Below are positions 1 to 18,000 of a DNA stretch of 64,000 nucleotides, one piece after another; position 1 is the stretch's first letter; every line of letters begins with the position of its first letter. The stretch comes from Eledone cirrhosa (Eukaryota). Made by a program: the position numbers and the translations under genes. Under the pieces are notes generated by a model. The model searched no databases, had not been told where the DNA came from, and was given only the letters and a program-made list of their open reading frames with translations. The stretch spans positions 9,238,001 through 9,302,000 of the forward strand of contig OZ024744.1 of the NCBI GenBank assembly GCA_964016885.1. Direction: 5' to 3'.

Positions 1-3000
1 ACAGCGGCACCAATGTCTACAACAACAACAGCGGCACCAATGTCTACAACAACAACAACAGCGGCACCAATATCTACAACAACAACAACAGCGGCACCAA
101 TGTCTACAACAACAACAACACCAGCACCAATGTCTACAACAACAACAACAGCAGCACCAATGTCTACAACAACAACAACAGCGGCACCAATGTCTACAAC
201 AACAGCAACAACAGCGGCACCAATGTCTACAACAACAACAGCGGCAAAAATGTCTACAACAACAACAACACCGGCACCAATGTCTACAACAACAACAACA
301 GCGGCACCAATGTCTACAACAACAACAACAACACCGGCATCAATGTCTACAACAACAACAACACCGGCACCAACGTCTACAACAACAACAACAGGGGCAC
401 CAATGTCTACAACAACAATAACACCGGCACCAATGTCTACAACAACAACAACAGCGGCACCAATGTCTACAACAACAACAACAGGGGCACCAATGTCTAC
501 AACAACAACAACAGCGGCACCAGTGTCTACAACAACAACAGCGGCACCAATGTCTACAACAACAACAACACCGGCACCAATGTCTACAACAACAACAACA
601 GCGGCACCAATGTCTACAACACAACAACAACAGGGGCACCAACGTCTACAACAACAACAACAGGGGCACCAATGTCTACAACAACAACAACAGCGGCACC
701 AATGTCTACAACAACAACAACAGCGGCACCAATGTCTACAACAACAACAACAGCGGCACCAATGTCTACAACAACAACAACAGCGGCACCAATGTCTACA
801 ACAACAACAACAACAGCGGCACCAATGTCTACAACAACAACAACAGCGGCACCAATGTCTACAACAACAACAACAGCGGCACCAATGTCTACAACAACAA
901 CAACAGCGGCACCAATGTCTACAACAACAACAACAACAGCGGCACCAATGTCTACAACAACAACAACAGCGGCACCAATGTCTACAACAACAACAACAAC
1001 AGCGGCACCAATGTCTACAACAACAACAACAACACCGGCACCAATATCTACAACAACAACAACACCGGCACCAATGTCTACAACAACAACAACAGCGGCA
1101 CCAATGTCTACAACAACAACAACAACACCGGCACCAATATCTACAACAACAACAACAACAGCGGCACCAATGTCTACAACAACAACAACAACAACAACAG
1201 CGGCACCAATGTCTACAACAACAACAACACCGGCACCAATGTCTACAACAACAACGGCACCAATGTCTACAACAACAACAACAGCGGCACCAATGTCTAC
1301 AACAACAACAACACCGGCACCAATGTCTACAACAACAACAACAGCGGCACCAATGCCTACAACAACAACAACAGCGGCACCAATGTCTACAACAACAACA
1401 ACAGCGGCACCAATGTCTACAACAACAACAACAGCGGCACCAATGTCTACAACAACAACAGCGGCACCAATGTCTACAACAACAACAACAGCGGCACCAA
1501 TATCTACAACAACAACAACAGCGGCACCAATGTCTACAACAACAACAACACCAGCACCAATGTCTACAACAACAACAACAGCAGCACCAATGTCTACAAC
1601 AACAACAACAGCGGCACCAATGTCTACAACAACAACAACACCGGCACCAATGTCTACAACAACAACAACAACAGCGGCACCAACGTCTACAACAACAACA
1701 TCAGCGGCACCAATGTCTACAACAACAACAACAGCGGCACCAATGTCTACATAAACAACAACAGCGGCACCAATGTCTACAACAACAACAACAGCGGCAC
1801 CAATGTCTACAACAACAACAACAGTGGCACCAATGTCTACAACAACAACAACAGCGGCACCAATGTCTACAACAACAACAACAGCGGCGCCAATGTCTAC
1901 AACAACAACAACAACAGCGGCACCAATGTCTACAACAACAACAACAACAGCGGCACCAATATCTACAACAACAACAACACCGGCACCAATATCTACAACA
2001 ACAACAACACCGGCACCAATGTCTACAACAACAACAACAACAGCGGCACCAATGTCTACAACAACAACAACAGCGGCACCAATGTCTACAACAACAACAA
2101 CAGCGGCACCAATGTCTACAACAACAACAACAGCGGCACCAATGTCTACAACAACAACAACACCGGCACCAATGTCTACAACAACAACAGTGGCACCAAT
2201 GTCTACAACAACAACAACAGCGGCACCAATGTCTACAACAACAACAACAGCGGCACCAATGTCTACAACAACAACAACACCGGCACCAATGTCTACAACA
2301 ACAACAGTGGCACCAATGTCTACAACAACAGCAACAACAGCGGCACCAATGTCTACAACAACAACAACAGCGGCACCAATGTCTACAACAACAGCAACAG
2401 CGGCACCAATGTCTACAACAACAACAACAGCGGCACCAATGTCTACAACAACAACAACAGCGGCACCAATGTCTACAACAACAACAACAGCGGCACCAAT
2501 GTCTACAACAACAACAACAGCGGCACCAATGTCTACAACAACAACAACAGCGGCACCAATGTCTACAACAACAACAACAGCGGCACCAATGTCTACAACA
2601 ACAGCAACAGCGGCACCAATGTCTACAACAACAGCAACAGCGGCACCAATGTCTACAACAACAACAACAGCGGCACCAATATCTACAACACCAACAACAG
2701 CGGCACCAATGTCTACAACAACAACAACAGCGGCACCAATGTCTACAACAACAACAACAGCGGCACCAATGTCTACAACAACAACAACAACACCGGCACC
2801 AATGTCTACAACAACAACAACAGCGGCACCAATGTCTACAACAACAACAACAACACCGGCACCAAAGTCTACAACAACAACAACAGCGGCACCAATATCT
2901 ACAACAACAACAACAGCGGCACCAATGTCTACAACAACAACAACACCGGCACCAATGTCTACAACAACAACAACAGCGGCACCAATGTCTACAACAACAA

Positions 3001-6000
3001 CAACAGCGGCACCAACGTCTACAACAACAACAACAGCGGCACCAGTGTCTACAAAAACAACAACAGCGGCACCAATGTCTACAACAACAACAACAGCGGC
3101 ACCAATGTCTACAACAACAACAACAACAGCAGCACCAATGTCTACAACAACAACAACAGCGGCACCAATGTCTACAACAACAACAACAACAGCAGCACCA
3201 ATGTCTACAACAACAACAACAACTCCGGCACCAATGTCTACAACAACAACAGCGGCACCAATGTCTACAACAACAACAACAGCGGCACCAATGTCTACAA
3301 CAACAACAACAGCGGCACCAATGTCTACAACAACAACAACACCGGCACCAATGTCTACAACAACAACAACAACACCGGCACCAATGTCTACAACAACAAC
3401 AACAGCGGCACCAATGTCTACAACAACAACAACACCGGCACCAATGTCTACAACAACAACAGTGGCACCAATGTCTACAACAACAACAACACCGGCACCA
3501 ATGTCTACAACAACAACAACACCGGCACCAATGTCTACAACAACAACAACAACAACAGCAGCACCAATGTCTACAACAACAACAACAACTCCGGCACCAA
3601 TGTCTACAACAACAACAGCGGCACCAATGTCTACAACAACAACAACGGCGGCACCAATGTCTACAACAACAACAACAACAGCGTTACCAATGTCTACAAC
3701 AACAACAACAGCGGCACCAATGTCTACAACAACAACAACAGCGGCACCAATGTCTACAACAACAACAACAACACCGGCACCAATGTCTACAACAACAACA
3801 ACAGCGGCACCAATGTCTACAACAACAACAACAACACCGGCACCAATGTCTACAACAACAACAACAGCGGCACCAATGTCTACAACAACAGCAACAACAG
3901 CGGCACCAATGTCTACAACAACAACAGCGGCACCAATGTCTACAACAACAACAACAACACCGGCACCAATGTCTACAACAACAACAACAGCGGCACCAAT
4001 GTCTACAACAACAACAACAGCGGCATCAATGTCTACAACAACAACAACAGCGGCACCAATGTCTACAACAACAGCAACAACAGCGGCACCAATGTCTACA
4101 ACAACAACAATAACAGCGGCACCAATGTCTACAACAACAACAACAGCGGCACCAATGTCTACAACAACAGCAACAACAACGGCACCAGTGTCTACAACAA
4201 CAACAGCGGCACCAATGTCTACAACAACATCAACACCGGCACCAATGTCTACAACAACAACAACAGCGGCACCAATGTCTACAACAACAACAACAGCGGC
4301 ACCAATGTCTACAACAACAACAACAGCGGCACCAATGTCTACAACAACAACAACAACAGCGGCACCAATGTCTACAACAACAACAACAACACCGGCACCA
4401 ATTTCTACAACAACAACAACAGCGGCACAAATGTCTACAACAACAACAACAGCGGCACCAATGTCTACAACAACAACAACACCGGCACCAATGTCTACAA
4501 CAACAACAACAGCGGCACCAATGTCTACAACAACAACAACAGCGGCACCAATGTCTACAACAACAACAACAACAACAACACCGGCACCAATGTCTACAAC
4601 AACAACAACAGTGGCACCAATGTCTACAACAACAACAACAGCGGCACCAATGTCTACAACAACAACAACAGTGGCACCAATGTCTACAACAACAACAACA
4701 GCGGCACCAATGTCTACAACAACAGCAACAACAGCGGCACCAGTGTCTACAACAACAACAGCGGCACCAATGTCTACAACAACAACAACACCGGCACCAA
4801 TGTCTACAACAACAACAACAACAGCGGCACCAATGTCTACAACAACAACAACAGCGGCACCAATGTCTACAACAACAACAACAGCGGCACCAATGTCTAC
4901 AACAACAACAACAGCGGCACCAATGTCTACAACAACAACAACAGCGGCACCAATGTCTACAACAACAACAACACCGGCACCAATGTCTACAACAACAACA
5001 ACAACAGCGGCACCAATGTCTACAACAACAACAACAGCGGCACCAATGTCTACAACAACAACAACACCGGCACCAATGTCTACAACAACAACAACAGCGG
5101 CACCAATGTCTACAACAACAACAACAGCGGCACCAATGTCTACAACAACAACAACAGCGGCACCAATGTCTACAACAACAACACCGGCACCAATGTCTAC
5201 AACAACAACAACAGCGGCACTAATGTCTACAACAACAACAACAACAGCGGTACCAATGTCTACAACAACAACAACAGCGGCACCAATGTCTACAACAACA
5301 ACACGGGCACCAATGTCTACAACAACAACAACAGCGGCACCAATGTCTACAACAACAACAACACCGGCACCAATGTCTACAACAACAACAACAGCGGCAC
5401 CAATGTCTACAACAACAACAACACCGGCACCAATGTCTACAACAACAACAACAGCGGCACCAATGTCTACAACAACAACAACAGCGGCACCAATGTCTAC
5501 AACAACAACAACACAGGCAACAATGTCTACAACAACAACAACACAGGCACCAATGTCTACAACAACAACAACAGCGGCACCAATGTCTACAACAACAACA
5601 ACAGCGGCACCAATGTCTACAACAACAACAACAACAGCGGCACCAATGTCTACAACAACAACAACACCGGCACCAATGTCTACAACAACAACAACAGCGG
5701 CACCAATGTCTACAACAACAACAACAGCGGCACCAATGTCTACAACAACAACAACAGCGGCACCAATGTCTACAACAACAACAACAGCGGCACCAATGTC
5801 TACAACAACAACAACAACAGCGGCACCAATGTCTACAACAACAACAACACAGGCACCAATGTCTACAACAACAACAACACAGGCACCAATGTCTACAACA
5901 ACAACAACACCGGCACCAATGTCTACAACAACAACATCAGCGGCACCAATGTCTACAACAACAACAACACCGGCACCAACGTCTACAACAACAACAACAG

Positions 6001-9000
6001 CGGCACCAATGTCTACAACAACAACAACACCGGCACCAATATCTACAACAACAACAACAGCGGCACCAATGTCTACAACAACAACAACAGCGGCACCAAT
6101 GTCTACAACAACAACAACAACAGCGGCACCAATGTCTACAACAACAACAACAACACCGGCACCAATGTCTACAACAACAGCAACAACAGCGGCACCAATG
6201 TCTACAACAACAACAACAACACCGGCACCAATGTCTACAACAACAACAACAACACCGGCACCAATGTCTACAACAACAGCAACAACAGCGGCACCAATGT
6301 CTACAACAACAACAACAGCGGCACCAATGTCTACAACAACAACAACAACAACAACACCGGCACCAATGTCTACAACAACAACAACAACAACAACACCGGC
6401 ACCAATGTCTACAACAACAACAACAGTGGCACCAATGTCTACAACAACAACAACAGCGGCACCAATGTCTACAACAACAACAACAGTGGCACCAATGTCT
6501 ACAACAACAACAACAGCGGCACCAATGTCTACAACAACAACAACAGCGGCACGAATGTCTACAACAACAACAACAACTCCGGCACCAATATCTACAACAA
6601 CAACAACAACAGCGGCACCAATGTCTACAACAACAACAACAGCGGCACCAATGTCTACAACAACAACAACAACAACAACACCGGCACCAATGTCTACAAC
6701 AACAACAACAACAACAACACCGGCACCAATGTCTACAACAACAACAACAGTGGCACCAATGTCTACAACAACAACAACAGCGGCACCAATGTCTACAACA
6801 ACAACAACAGTGGCACCAATGTCTACAACAACAACAACAGCGGCACCAATGTCTACAACAACAACAACAGCGGCACGAATGTCTACAACAACAACAACAA
6901 CTCCGGCACCAATATCTACAACAACAACAACAACACCGGCACCAATGTCTACAACAACAACAACAGCGGCACCAATGTCTACAACAACAACAACAGCGGC
7001 ACCAATGTCTACAACAACAACAACAACAACACCGGCACCAATGTCTACAACAACAACAACACCGGCACCAATGTCTACAACAACAACAACAGCGGCACCA
7101 ATGTCTACAACAACAACAACAACAGCGGCACCAATGTCTACAACAACAACAACAGCGGCACCAATGTCTACAACAACAACAACAACAGCGGCACCAATGT
7201 CTACAACAACAACAACAACAGCGGCACCAATGTCTACAACAACAACAACAACACCGGCACCAATGTCTACAACAACAGCAACAACAGCGGCACCAATGTC
7301 TACAACAACAACAACAACACCGGCACCAATGTCTACAACAACAACAACAACACCGGCACCAATGTCTACAACAACAGCAACAACAGCGGCACCAATGTCT
7401 ACAACAACAACAACAACACCGGCACCAATGTCTACAACAACAGCAACAACAGCGGCACCAATGTCTACAACAACAACAACAGCGGCACCAATGTCTACAA
7501 CAACAGCAACAACAGCGGCACCAATGTCTACAACAACAACAACAACACCGGCACCAATGTCTACAACAACAACAACAACAGCGGCACCAATGTCTACAAC
7601 AACAACAACAACACCGGCACCAATGTCTACAACAACAACAACAACACCGGCACCAATGTCTACAACAACAACAACAACAGCGGCACCAATGTCTACAACA
7701 ACAACAACAACACTGACACCAATGTCTACAACAACAACAACAACACCGGCACCAATGTCTACAACAACAGCAACAACAGCGGCACCAATGTCTACAACAA
7801 CAACAACAACACCGGCACCAATGTCTACAACAACAACAACAGCGGCACCAATGTCTACAACAACAACAACAACACCGGCACCAATGTCTACAACAACAAC
7901 AACAACAGCGGCACCAATGTCTACAACAACAACAACAACACCGGCACCAATGTCTACAACAACAACAACAACACCGGCACCAATGTCTACAACAACAACA
8001 ACAACAGCGGCACCAATGTCTACAACAACAACAACAACACCGGCACCAATGTCTACAACAACAACAACAACACCGGCACCAATGTCTACAACAACAACAA
8101 CAGCGGCACCAATGTCTACAACAACAACAACAACAGCGGCACCAATGTCTACAACAACAACAACAACAGCGGCACCAATGTCTACAACAACAACAACAAC
8201 ACCGGCACCAATGTCTACAACAACAACAACAGCGGCACCAATGTCTACAACAACAACAACAACAGCGGCACCAATGTCTACAACAACAACAACAACAACA
8301 ACAGCGGCACCAATGTCTACAACAACAACAACAACAGCGGCACCAATGTCTACAACAACAACAACAACAGCGGCACCAATGTCTACAACAACAACAACAA
8401 CACCGGCACCAATGTCTACAACAACAACAACAACAGCGGCACCAATGTCTACAACAACAACAACAACAGCGGCACCAATGTCTACAACAACAACAACAAC
8501 AACAACAGCGGCACCAATGTCTACAACAACAACAACAACAGCGGCACCAATGTCTACAACAACAACAATAACAGCGGCACCAATGTCTACAACAACAACA
8601 ACAGCGGCACCAATGTCTACAACAACAACAACAACACCGGCACCAATGTCTACAACAACAATAACAACAGCGGCACCAATGTCTACAACAACAACAACAA
8701 CACCGGCACCAATGTCTACAACAACAACAACAGCGGCACCAATGTCTACAACAACAACAACAACAGCGGCACCAATGTCTACAACAACAACAACAACAGC
8801 GGCACCAATGTCTACAACAACAACAACAACAGCGGCACCAATGTCTACAACAACAACAACAACAGCGGCACCAATGTCTACAACAACAACAACAACACCG
8901 GCACCAATGTCTACAACAACAACAACAGCGGCACCAATGTCTACAACAACAACAACAGCGGCACCAATGTCTACAACAACAACAACAACAACAACAGCGG

Positions 9001-12000
9001 CACCAATGTCTACAACAACAACAACAACAACAACAGCGGCACCAATGTCTACAACAACAACAACAACAGCGGCACCAATGTCTACAACAACAACAATAAC
9101 AGCGGCACCAATGTCTACAACAACAACAATAACAGCGGCACCAATGTCTACAACAACAACAACAACAACAACAGCGGCACCAATGTCTACAACAACAACA
9201 ACAGCGGCACCAATGTCTACAACAACAACAACAACACCGGCACCAATGTCTACAACAACAATAACAACAGCGGCACCAATGTCTACAACAACAACAACAA
9301 CACCGGCACCAATGTCTACAACAACAACAACAGCGGCACCAATGTCTACAACAACAACAACAACAGCGGCACCAATGTCTACAACAACAACAACAACAGC
9401 GGCACCAATGTCTACAACAACAACAACAGCGGCACCAATGTCTACAACAACAACAACAACAGCGGCACCAATGTCTACAACAACAACAACAACACCGGCA
9501 CCAATGTCTACAACAACAACAACAACACCGGCACCAATGTCTACAACAACAACAACAACAACAACAGCGGCACCAATGTCTACAACAACAACAACAACAA
9601 CAGCGGCACCAATGTCTACAACAACAACAACAACAGCGGCACCAATGTCTACAACAACAACAACAACAACAACAGCGGCACCAATGTCTACAACAACAAC
9701 AACAACAGCGGCACCAATGTCTACAACAACAACAACAACACCGGCACCAATGTCTACAACAACAACAAAAGCGGCACCAATGTCTACAACAACAACAACA
9801 ACACCGGCACCAATGTCTACAACAACAACAACAACAGCGGCACCAATGCCTACAACAACAACAACAGCGGCACCAATGTCTACAACAACAACAACAACAG
9901 CGGCACCAATGTCTACAACAACAACAACAACACCGGCACCAATGTCTACAACAACAACAACAACAGTGGCACCAATGTCTACAACAACAACAACAGCGGC
10001 ACCAATGTCTACAACAACAACAACAACACCGGCACCAATGTCTACAACAACAACAACAACAGCGGCACCAATGTCTACAACAACAACAACAGCGGCACCA
10101 ATGTCTACAACAACAACAACAACAGCGGCACCAATGTCTACAACAACAACAACAACAACAACAGCGGCACCAATGTCTACAACAACAACAACAACACCGG
10201 CACCAATGTCTACAACAACAACAACAGCGGCACCAATGTCTACAACAACAACAACAACAGCGGCACCAATGTCTACAACAACAACAACAACAACAACAGC
10301 GGCACCAATGTCTACAACAACAACAACAACACCGGCACCAATGTCTACAACAACAACAACAGCGGCACCAATGTCTACAACAACTACAACAACAGCAGCA
10401 CCAAGGTCTACAACAACAACAACAGCGGCACCAATGTCTACAACAACAACAACAGCGGCACCAATGTCTACAACAACAGCAACAGCGGCACCAATGTCTA
10501 CAACAACAGCAACAGCGGCACCAATGTCTACAACAACAACAACAGCGGCACCAATATCTACAACACCAACAACAGCGGCACCAATGTCTACAACAACAAC
10601 AACAGCGGCACCAATGTCTACAACAACAACAACAGCGGCACCAATGTCTACAACAACAACAACAACACCGGCACCAATGTCTACAACAACAACAACAGCG
10701 GCACCAATGTCTACAACAACAACAACAACACCGGCACCAAAGTCTACAACAACAACAACAGCGGCACCAATATCTACAACAACAACAACAGCGGCACCAA
10801 TGTCTACAACAACAACAACACCGGCACCAATGTCTACAACAACAACAACAGCGGCACCAATGTCTACAACAACAACAACAGCGGCACCAACGTCTACAAC
10901 AACAACAACAGCGGCACCAGTGTCTACAAAAACAACAACAGCGGCACCAATGTCTACAACAACAACAACAGCGGCACCAATGTCTACAACAACAACAACA
11001 ACAGCAGCACCAATGTCTACAACAACAACAACAGCGGCACCAATGTCTACAACAACAACAACAACAGCAGCACCAATGTCTACAACAACAACAACAACTC
11101 CGGCACCAATGTCTACAACAACAACAGCGGCACCAATGTCTACAACAACAACAACAGCGGCACCAATGTCTACAACAACAACAACAGCGGCACCAATGTC
11201 TACAACAACAACAACACCGGCACCAATGTCTACAACAACAACAACAACACCGGCACCAATGTCTACAACAACAACAACAGCGGCACCAATGTCTACAACA
11301 ACAACAACACCGGCACCAATGTCTACAACAACAACAGTGGCACCAATGTCTACAACAACAACAACACCGGCACCAATGTCTACAACAACAACAACACCGG
11401 CACCAATGTCTACAACAACAACAACAACAGCAGCACCAATGTCTACAACAACAACAACTCCGGCACCAATGTCTACAACAACAACAGCGGCACCAATGTC
11501 TACAACAACAACAACGGCGGCACCAATGTCTACAACAACAACAACAGCGTTACCAATGTCTACAACAACAACAACAGCGGCACCAATGTCTACAACAACA
11601 ACAACAGCGGCACCAATGTCTACAACAACAACAACAACACCGGCACCAATGTCTACAACAACAACAACAGCGGCACCAATGTCTACAACAACAACAACAA
11701 CACCGGCACCAATGTCTACAACAACAGCGGCACCAATGTCTACAACAACAGCAACAACAGCGGCACCAATGTCTACAACAACAACAGCGGCACCAATGTC
11801 TACAACAACAACAACAACACCGGCACCAATGTCTACAACAACAACAACAGCGGCACCAATGTCTACAACAACAACAACAGCGGCATCAATGTCTACAACA
11901 ACAACAACAGCGGCACCAATGTCTACAACAACAGCAACAACAGCGGCACCAATGTCTACAACAACAACAATAACAGCGGCACCAATGTCTACAACAACAA

Positions 12001-15000
12001 CAACAGCGGCACCAATGTCTACAACAACAGCAACAACAACGGCACCAGTGTCTACAACAACAACAGCGGCACCAATGTCTACAACAACATCAACACCGGC
12101 ACCAATGTCTACAACAACAACAACAGCGGCACCAATGTCTACAACAACAACAACAGCGGCACCAATGTCTACAACAACAACAACAGCGGCACCAATGTCT
12201 ACAACAACAACAACAACAGCGGCACCAATGTCTACAACAACAACAACAACACCGGCACCAATTTCTACAACAACAACAACAGCGGCACCAATGTCTACAA
12301 CAACAACAACAGCGGCACCAATGTCTACAACAACAACAACACCGGCACCAATGTCTACAACAACAACAACAGCGGCACCAATGTCTACAACAACAACAAC
12401 AGCGGCACCAATGTCTACAACAACAACAACAACAGCGGCACCAATGTCTACAACAACAACAACAACAACGGCACCAATGTCTACAACAACAACAACAGCG
12501 GCACCAATGTCTACAACAACAACAACAACACCGGCACCAATGTCTACAACAACAACAACAGCGGCACCAATGTCTACAACAACAGCAACAACAGCGGCAC
12601 CAGTGTCTACAACAACAACAGCGGCACCAATGTCTACAACAACAACAACACCGGCACCAATGTCTACAACAACAACAACAACAGCGGCACCAATGTCTAC
12701 AACAACAACAACAGCGGCACCAATGTCTACAACAACAACAACAACAGCGGCACCAATGTCTACAACAACAACAACAGCGGCACCAATGTCTACAACAACA
12801 ACAACAGCGGCACCAATGTCTACAACAACAACAACACCGGCACCAATGTCTACAACAACAACAACAACAGCGGCACCAATGTCTACAACAACAACAACAG
12901 CGGCACCAATGTCTACAACAACAACAACACCGGCACCAATGTCTACAACAACAACAACAGCGGCACCAATGTCTACAACAACAACAACAGCGGCACCAAT
13001 GTCTACAACAACAACAACAGCGGCACCAATGTCTACAACAACAACACCGGCACCAATGTCTACAACAACAACAACAGCGGCACTAATGTCTACAACAACA
13101 ACAACAACAGCGGTACCAATGTCTACAACAACAACAACAGCGGCACCAATGTCTACAACAACAACACGGGCACCAATGTCTACAACAACAACAACAGCGG
13201 CACCAATGTCTACAACAACAACAACACCGGCACCAATGTCTACAACAACAACAACAGCGGCACCAATGTCTACAACAACAACAACACCGGCACCAATGTC
13301 TACAACAACAACAACAGCGGCACCAATGTCTACAACAACAACAACAGCGGCACCAATGTCTACAACAACAACAACACAGGCACCAATGTCTACAACAACA
13401 ACAACACAGGCACCAATGTCTACAACAACAACAACAGCGGCACCAATGTCTACAACAACAACAACAGCGGCACCAATGTCTACAACAACAACAACAACAG
13501 CGGCACCAATGTCTACAACAACAACAACACCGGCACCAATGTCTACAACAACAACAACAGCGGCACCAATGTCTACAACAACAACAACAGCGGCACCAAT
13601 GTCTACAACAACAACAACAGCGGCACCAATGTCTACAACAACAACAACAGCGGCACCAATGTCTACAACAACAACAACAACAGCGGCACCAATGTCTACA
13701 ACAACAACAACACAGGCACCAATGTCTACAACAACAACAACACAGGCACCAATGTCTACAACAACAACAACACCGGCACCAATGTCTACAACAACAACAT
13801 CAGCGGCACCAATGTCTACAACAACAACAACACCGGCACCAACGTCTACAACAACAACAACAGCGGCACCAATGTCTACAACAACAACAACACCGGCACC
13901 AATATCTACAACAACAACAACAGCGGCACCAATGTCTACAACAACAACAACAGCGGCACCAATGTCTACAACAACAACACCGGCACCAATGTCTACAACA
14001 ACAACAACAGCGGCACCAATGTCTACAACAACAACAACAGTGGCACCAATGTCTACAACAACAACAACAGCGGCACCAATGTCTACAACAACAACAACAG
14101 CGGCACGAATGTCTACAACAACAACAACAACTCCGGCACCAATATCTACAACAACAACAACAACAGCGGCACCAATGTCTACAACAACAACAACAGCGGC
14201 ACCAATGTCTACAACAACAACAACAACAACAACACCGGCACCAATGTCTACAACAACAACAACAACAACAACACCGGCACCAATGTCTACAACAACAACA
14301 ACAGTGGCACCAATGTCTACAACAACAACAACAGCGGCACCAATGTCTACAACAACAACAACAGTGGCACCAATGTCTACAACAACAACAACAGCGGCAC
14401 CAATGTCTACAACAACAACAACAGCGGCACGAATGTCTACAACAACAACAACAACTCCGGCACCAATATCTACAACAACAACAACAACACCGGCACCAAT
14501 GTCTACAACAACAACAACAGCGGCACCAATGTCTACAACAACAACAACAGCGGCACCAATGTCTACAACAACAACAACAACAACACCGGCACCAATGTCT
14601 ACAACAACAACAACACCGGCACCAATGTCTACAACAACAACAACAGCGGCACCAATGTCTACAACAACAACAACAACAGCGGCACCAATGTCTACAACAA
14701 CAACAACAGCGGCACCAATGTCTACAACAACAACAACAACAGCGGCACCAATGTCTACAACAACAACAACAACAGCGGCACCAATGTCTACAACAACAAC
14801 AACAACACCGGCACCAATGTCTACAACAACAGCAACAACAGCGGCACCAATGTCTACAACAACAACAACAACACCGGCACCAATGTCTACAACAACAACA
14901 ACAACACCGGCACCAATGTCTACAACAACAGCAACAACAGCGGCACCAATGTCTACAACAACAACAACAACACCGGCACCAATGTCTACAACAACAGCAA

Positions 15001-18000
15001 CAACAGCGGCACCAATGTCTACAACAACAACAACAGCGGCACCAATGTCTACAACAACAGCAACAACAGCGGCACCAATGTCTACAACAACAACAACAAC
15101 ACCGGCACCAATGTCTACAACAACAACAACAACAGCGGCACCAATGTCTACAACAACAACAACAACACCGGCACCAATGTCTACAACAACAACAACAACA
15201 CCGGCACCAATGTCTACAACAACAACAACAACAGCGGCACCAATGTCTACAACAACAACAACAACACCGGCACCAATGTCTACAACAACAACAACAACAC
15301 CGGCACCAATGTCTACAACAACAGCAACAACAGCGGCACCAATGTCTACAACAACAACAACAACACCGGCACCAATGTCTACAACAACAACAACAGCGGC
15401 ACCAATGTCTACAACAACAACAACAACACCGGCACCAATGTCTACAACAACAACAACAACAGCGGCACCAATGTCTACAACAACAACAACAACACCGGCA
15501 CCAATGTCTACAACAACAACAACAACAACACCGGCACCAATGTCTACAACAACAACAACAACAGCGGCACCAATGTCTACAACAACAACAACAACACCGG
15601 CACCAATGTCTACAACAACAACAACAACACCGGCACCAATGTCTACAACAACAACAACAGCGGCACCAATGTCTACAACAACAACAACAACAGCGGCACC
15701 AATGTCTACAGCAACAACAACAACAGCGGCACCAATGTCTACAACAACAACAACAACACCGGCACCAATGTCTACAACAACAACAACAGCGGCACCAATG
15801 TCTACAACAACAACAACAACAGCGGCACCAATGTCTACAACAACAACAACAACAACAACAGCGGCACCAATGTCTACAACAACAACAACAACAGCGGCAC
15901 CAATGTCTACAACAACAACAACAACAGCGGCACCAATGTCTACAACAACAACAACAACACCGGCACCAATGTCTACAACAACAACAACAACAGCGGCACC
16001 AATGTCTACAACAACAACAACAACAGCGGCACCAATGTCTACAACAACAACAACAACAACAACAGCGGCACCAATGTCTACAACAACAACAACAACAGCG
16101 GCACCAATGTCTACAACAACAACAATAACAGCGGCACCAATGTCTACAACAACAACAACAGCGGCACCAATGTCTACAACAACAACAACAACACCGGCAC
16201 CAATGTCTACAACAACAATAACAACAGCGGCACCAATGTCTACAACAACAACAACAACACCGGCACCAATGTCTACAACAACAACAACAGCGGCACCAAT
16301 GTCTACAACAACAACAACAACAGCGGCACCAATGTCTACAACAACAACAACAACAGCGGCACCAATGTCTACAACAACAACAACAACAGCGGCACCAATG
16401 TCTACAACAACAACAACAACAGCGACACCAATGTCTACAACAACAACAACAACACCGGCACCAATGTCTACAACAACAACAGCGGCACCAATGTCTACAA
16501 CAACAACAACAGCGGCACCAATGTCTACAACAACAACAACAACAACAACAGCGGCACCAATGTCTACAACAACAACAACAACAACAACAGCGGCACCAAT
16601 GTCTACAACAACAACAACAACAGCGGCACCAATGTCTACAACAACAACAATAACAGCGGCACCAATGTCTACAACAACAACAATAACAGCGGCACCAATG
16701 TCTACAACAACAACAACAACAACAACAGCGGCACCAATGTCTACAACAACAACAACAGCGGCACCAATGTCTACAACAACAACAACAACACCGGCACCAA
16801 TGTCTACAACAACAATAACAACAGCGGCACCAATGTCTACAACAACAACAACAACACCGGCACCAATGTCTACAACAACAACAACAGCGGCACCAATGTC
16901 TACAACAACAACAACAACAGCGGCACCAATGTCTACAACAACAACAACAACAGCGGCACCAATGTCTACAACAACAACAACAGCGGCACCAATGTCTACA
17001 ACAACAACAACAACAGCGGCACCAATGTCTACAACAACAACAACAACACCGGCACCAATGTCTACAACAACAACAACACCGGCACCAATGTCTACAACAA
17101 CAACAACAACAACAACAGCGGCACCAATGTCTACAACAACAACAACAACAACAGCGGCACCAATGTCTACAACAACAACAACAACAGCGGCACCAATGTC
17201 TACAACAACAACAACAACAACAACAACAGCGGCACCAATGTCTACAACAACAACAACAACAGCGGCACCAATGTCTACAACAACAACAACAACACCGGCA
17301 CCAATGTCTACAACAACAACAAAAGCGGCACCAATGTCTACAACAACAACAACAACACCGGCACCAATGTCTACAACAACAACAACAACAGCGGCACCAA
17401 TGTCTACAACAACAACAACAGCGGCACCAATGTCTACAACAACAACAACAACAGCGGCACCAATGTCTACAACAACAACAACAACACCGGCACCAATGTC
17501 TACAACAACAACAACAACAGTGGCACCAATGTCTACAACAACAACAACAGCGGCACCAATGTCTACAACAACAACAACAACACCGGCACCAATGTCTACA
17601 ACAACAACAACAACAGCGGCACCAATGTCTACAACAACAACAACAGCGGCACCAATGTCTACAACAACAACAACAACAACAGCGGCACCAATGTCTACAA
17701 CAACAACAACAACAACAACAGCGGCACCAATGTCTACAACAACAACAACAACACCGGCACCAATGTCTACAACAACAACAACAGCGGCACCAATGTCTAC
17801 AACAACAACAACAACAGCGGCACCAATGTCTACAACAACAACAACAACAACAACAGCGGCACCAATGTCTACAACAACAACAACAACACCGGCACCAATG
17901 TCTACAACAACAACAACAGCGGCACCAATGTCTACAACAACTACAACAACAGCAGCACCAAGGTCTACAACAACAACAACAACTCCGGCACCAATGTCTA

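Noticed and set aside
13-4113. PolyQ (RHQCLQQQQQ) ORF and the Cys-rich RHWCRCCCCC ORFs
   Set aside because: Alternative frames of the same repeat, entered through single frameshifts and ended by ordinary repeat variants.
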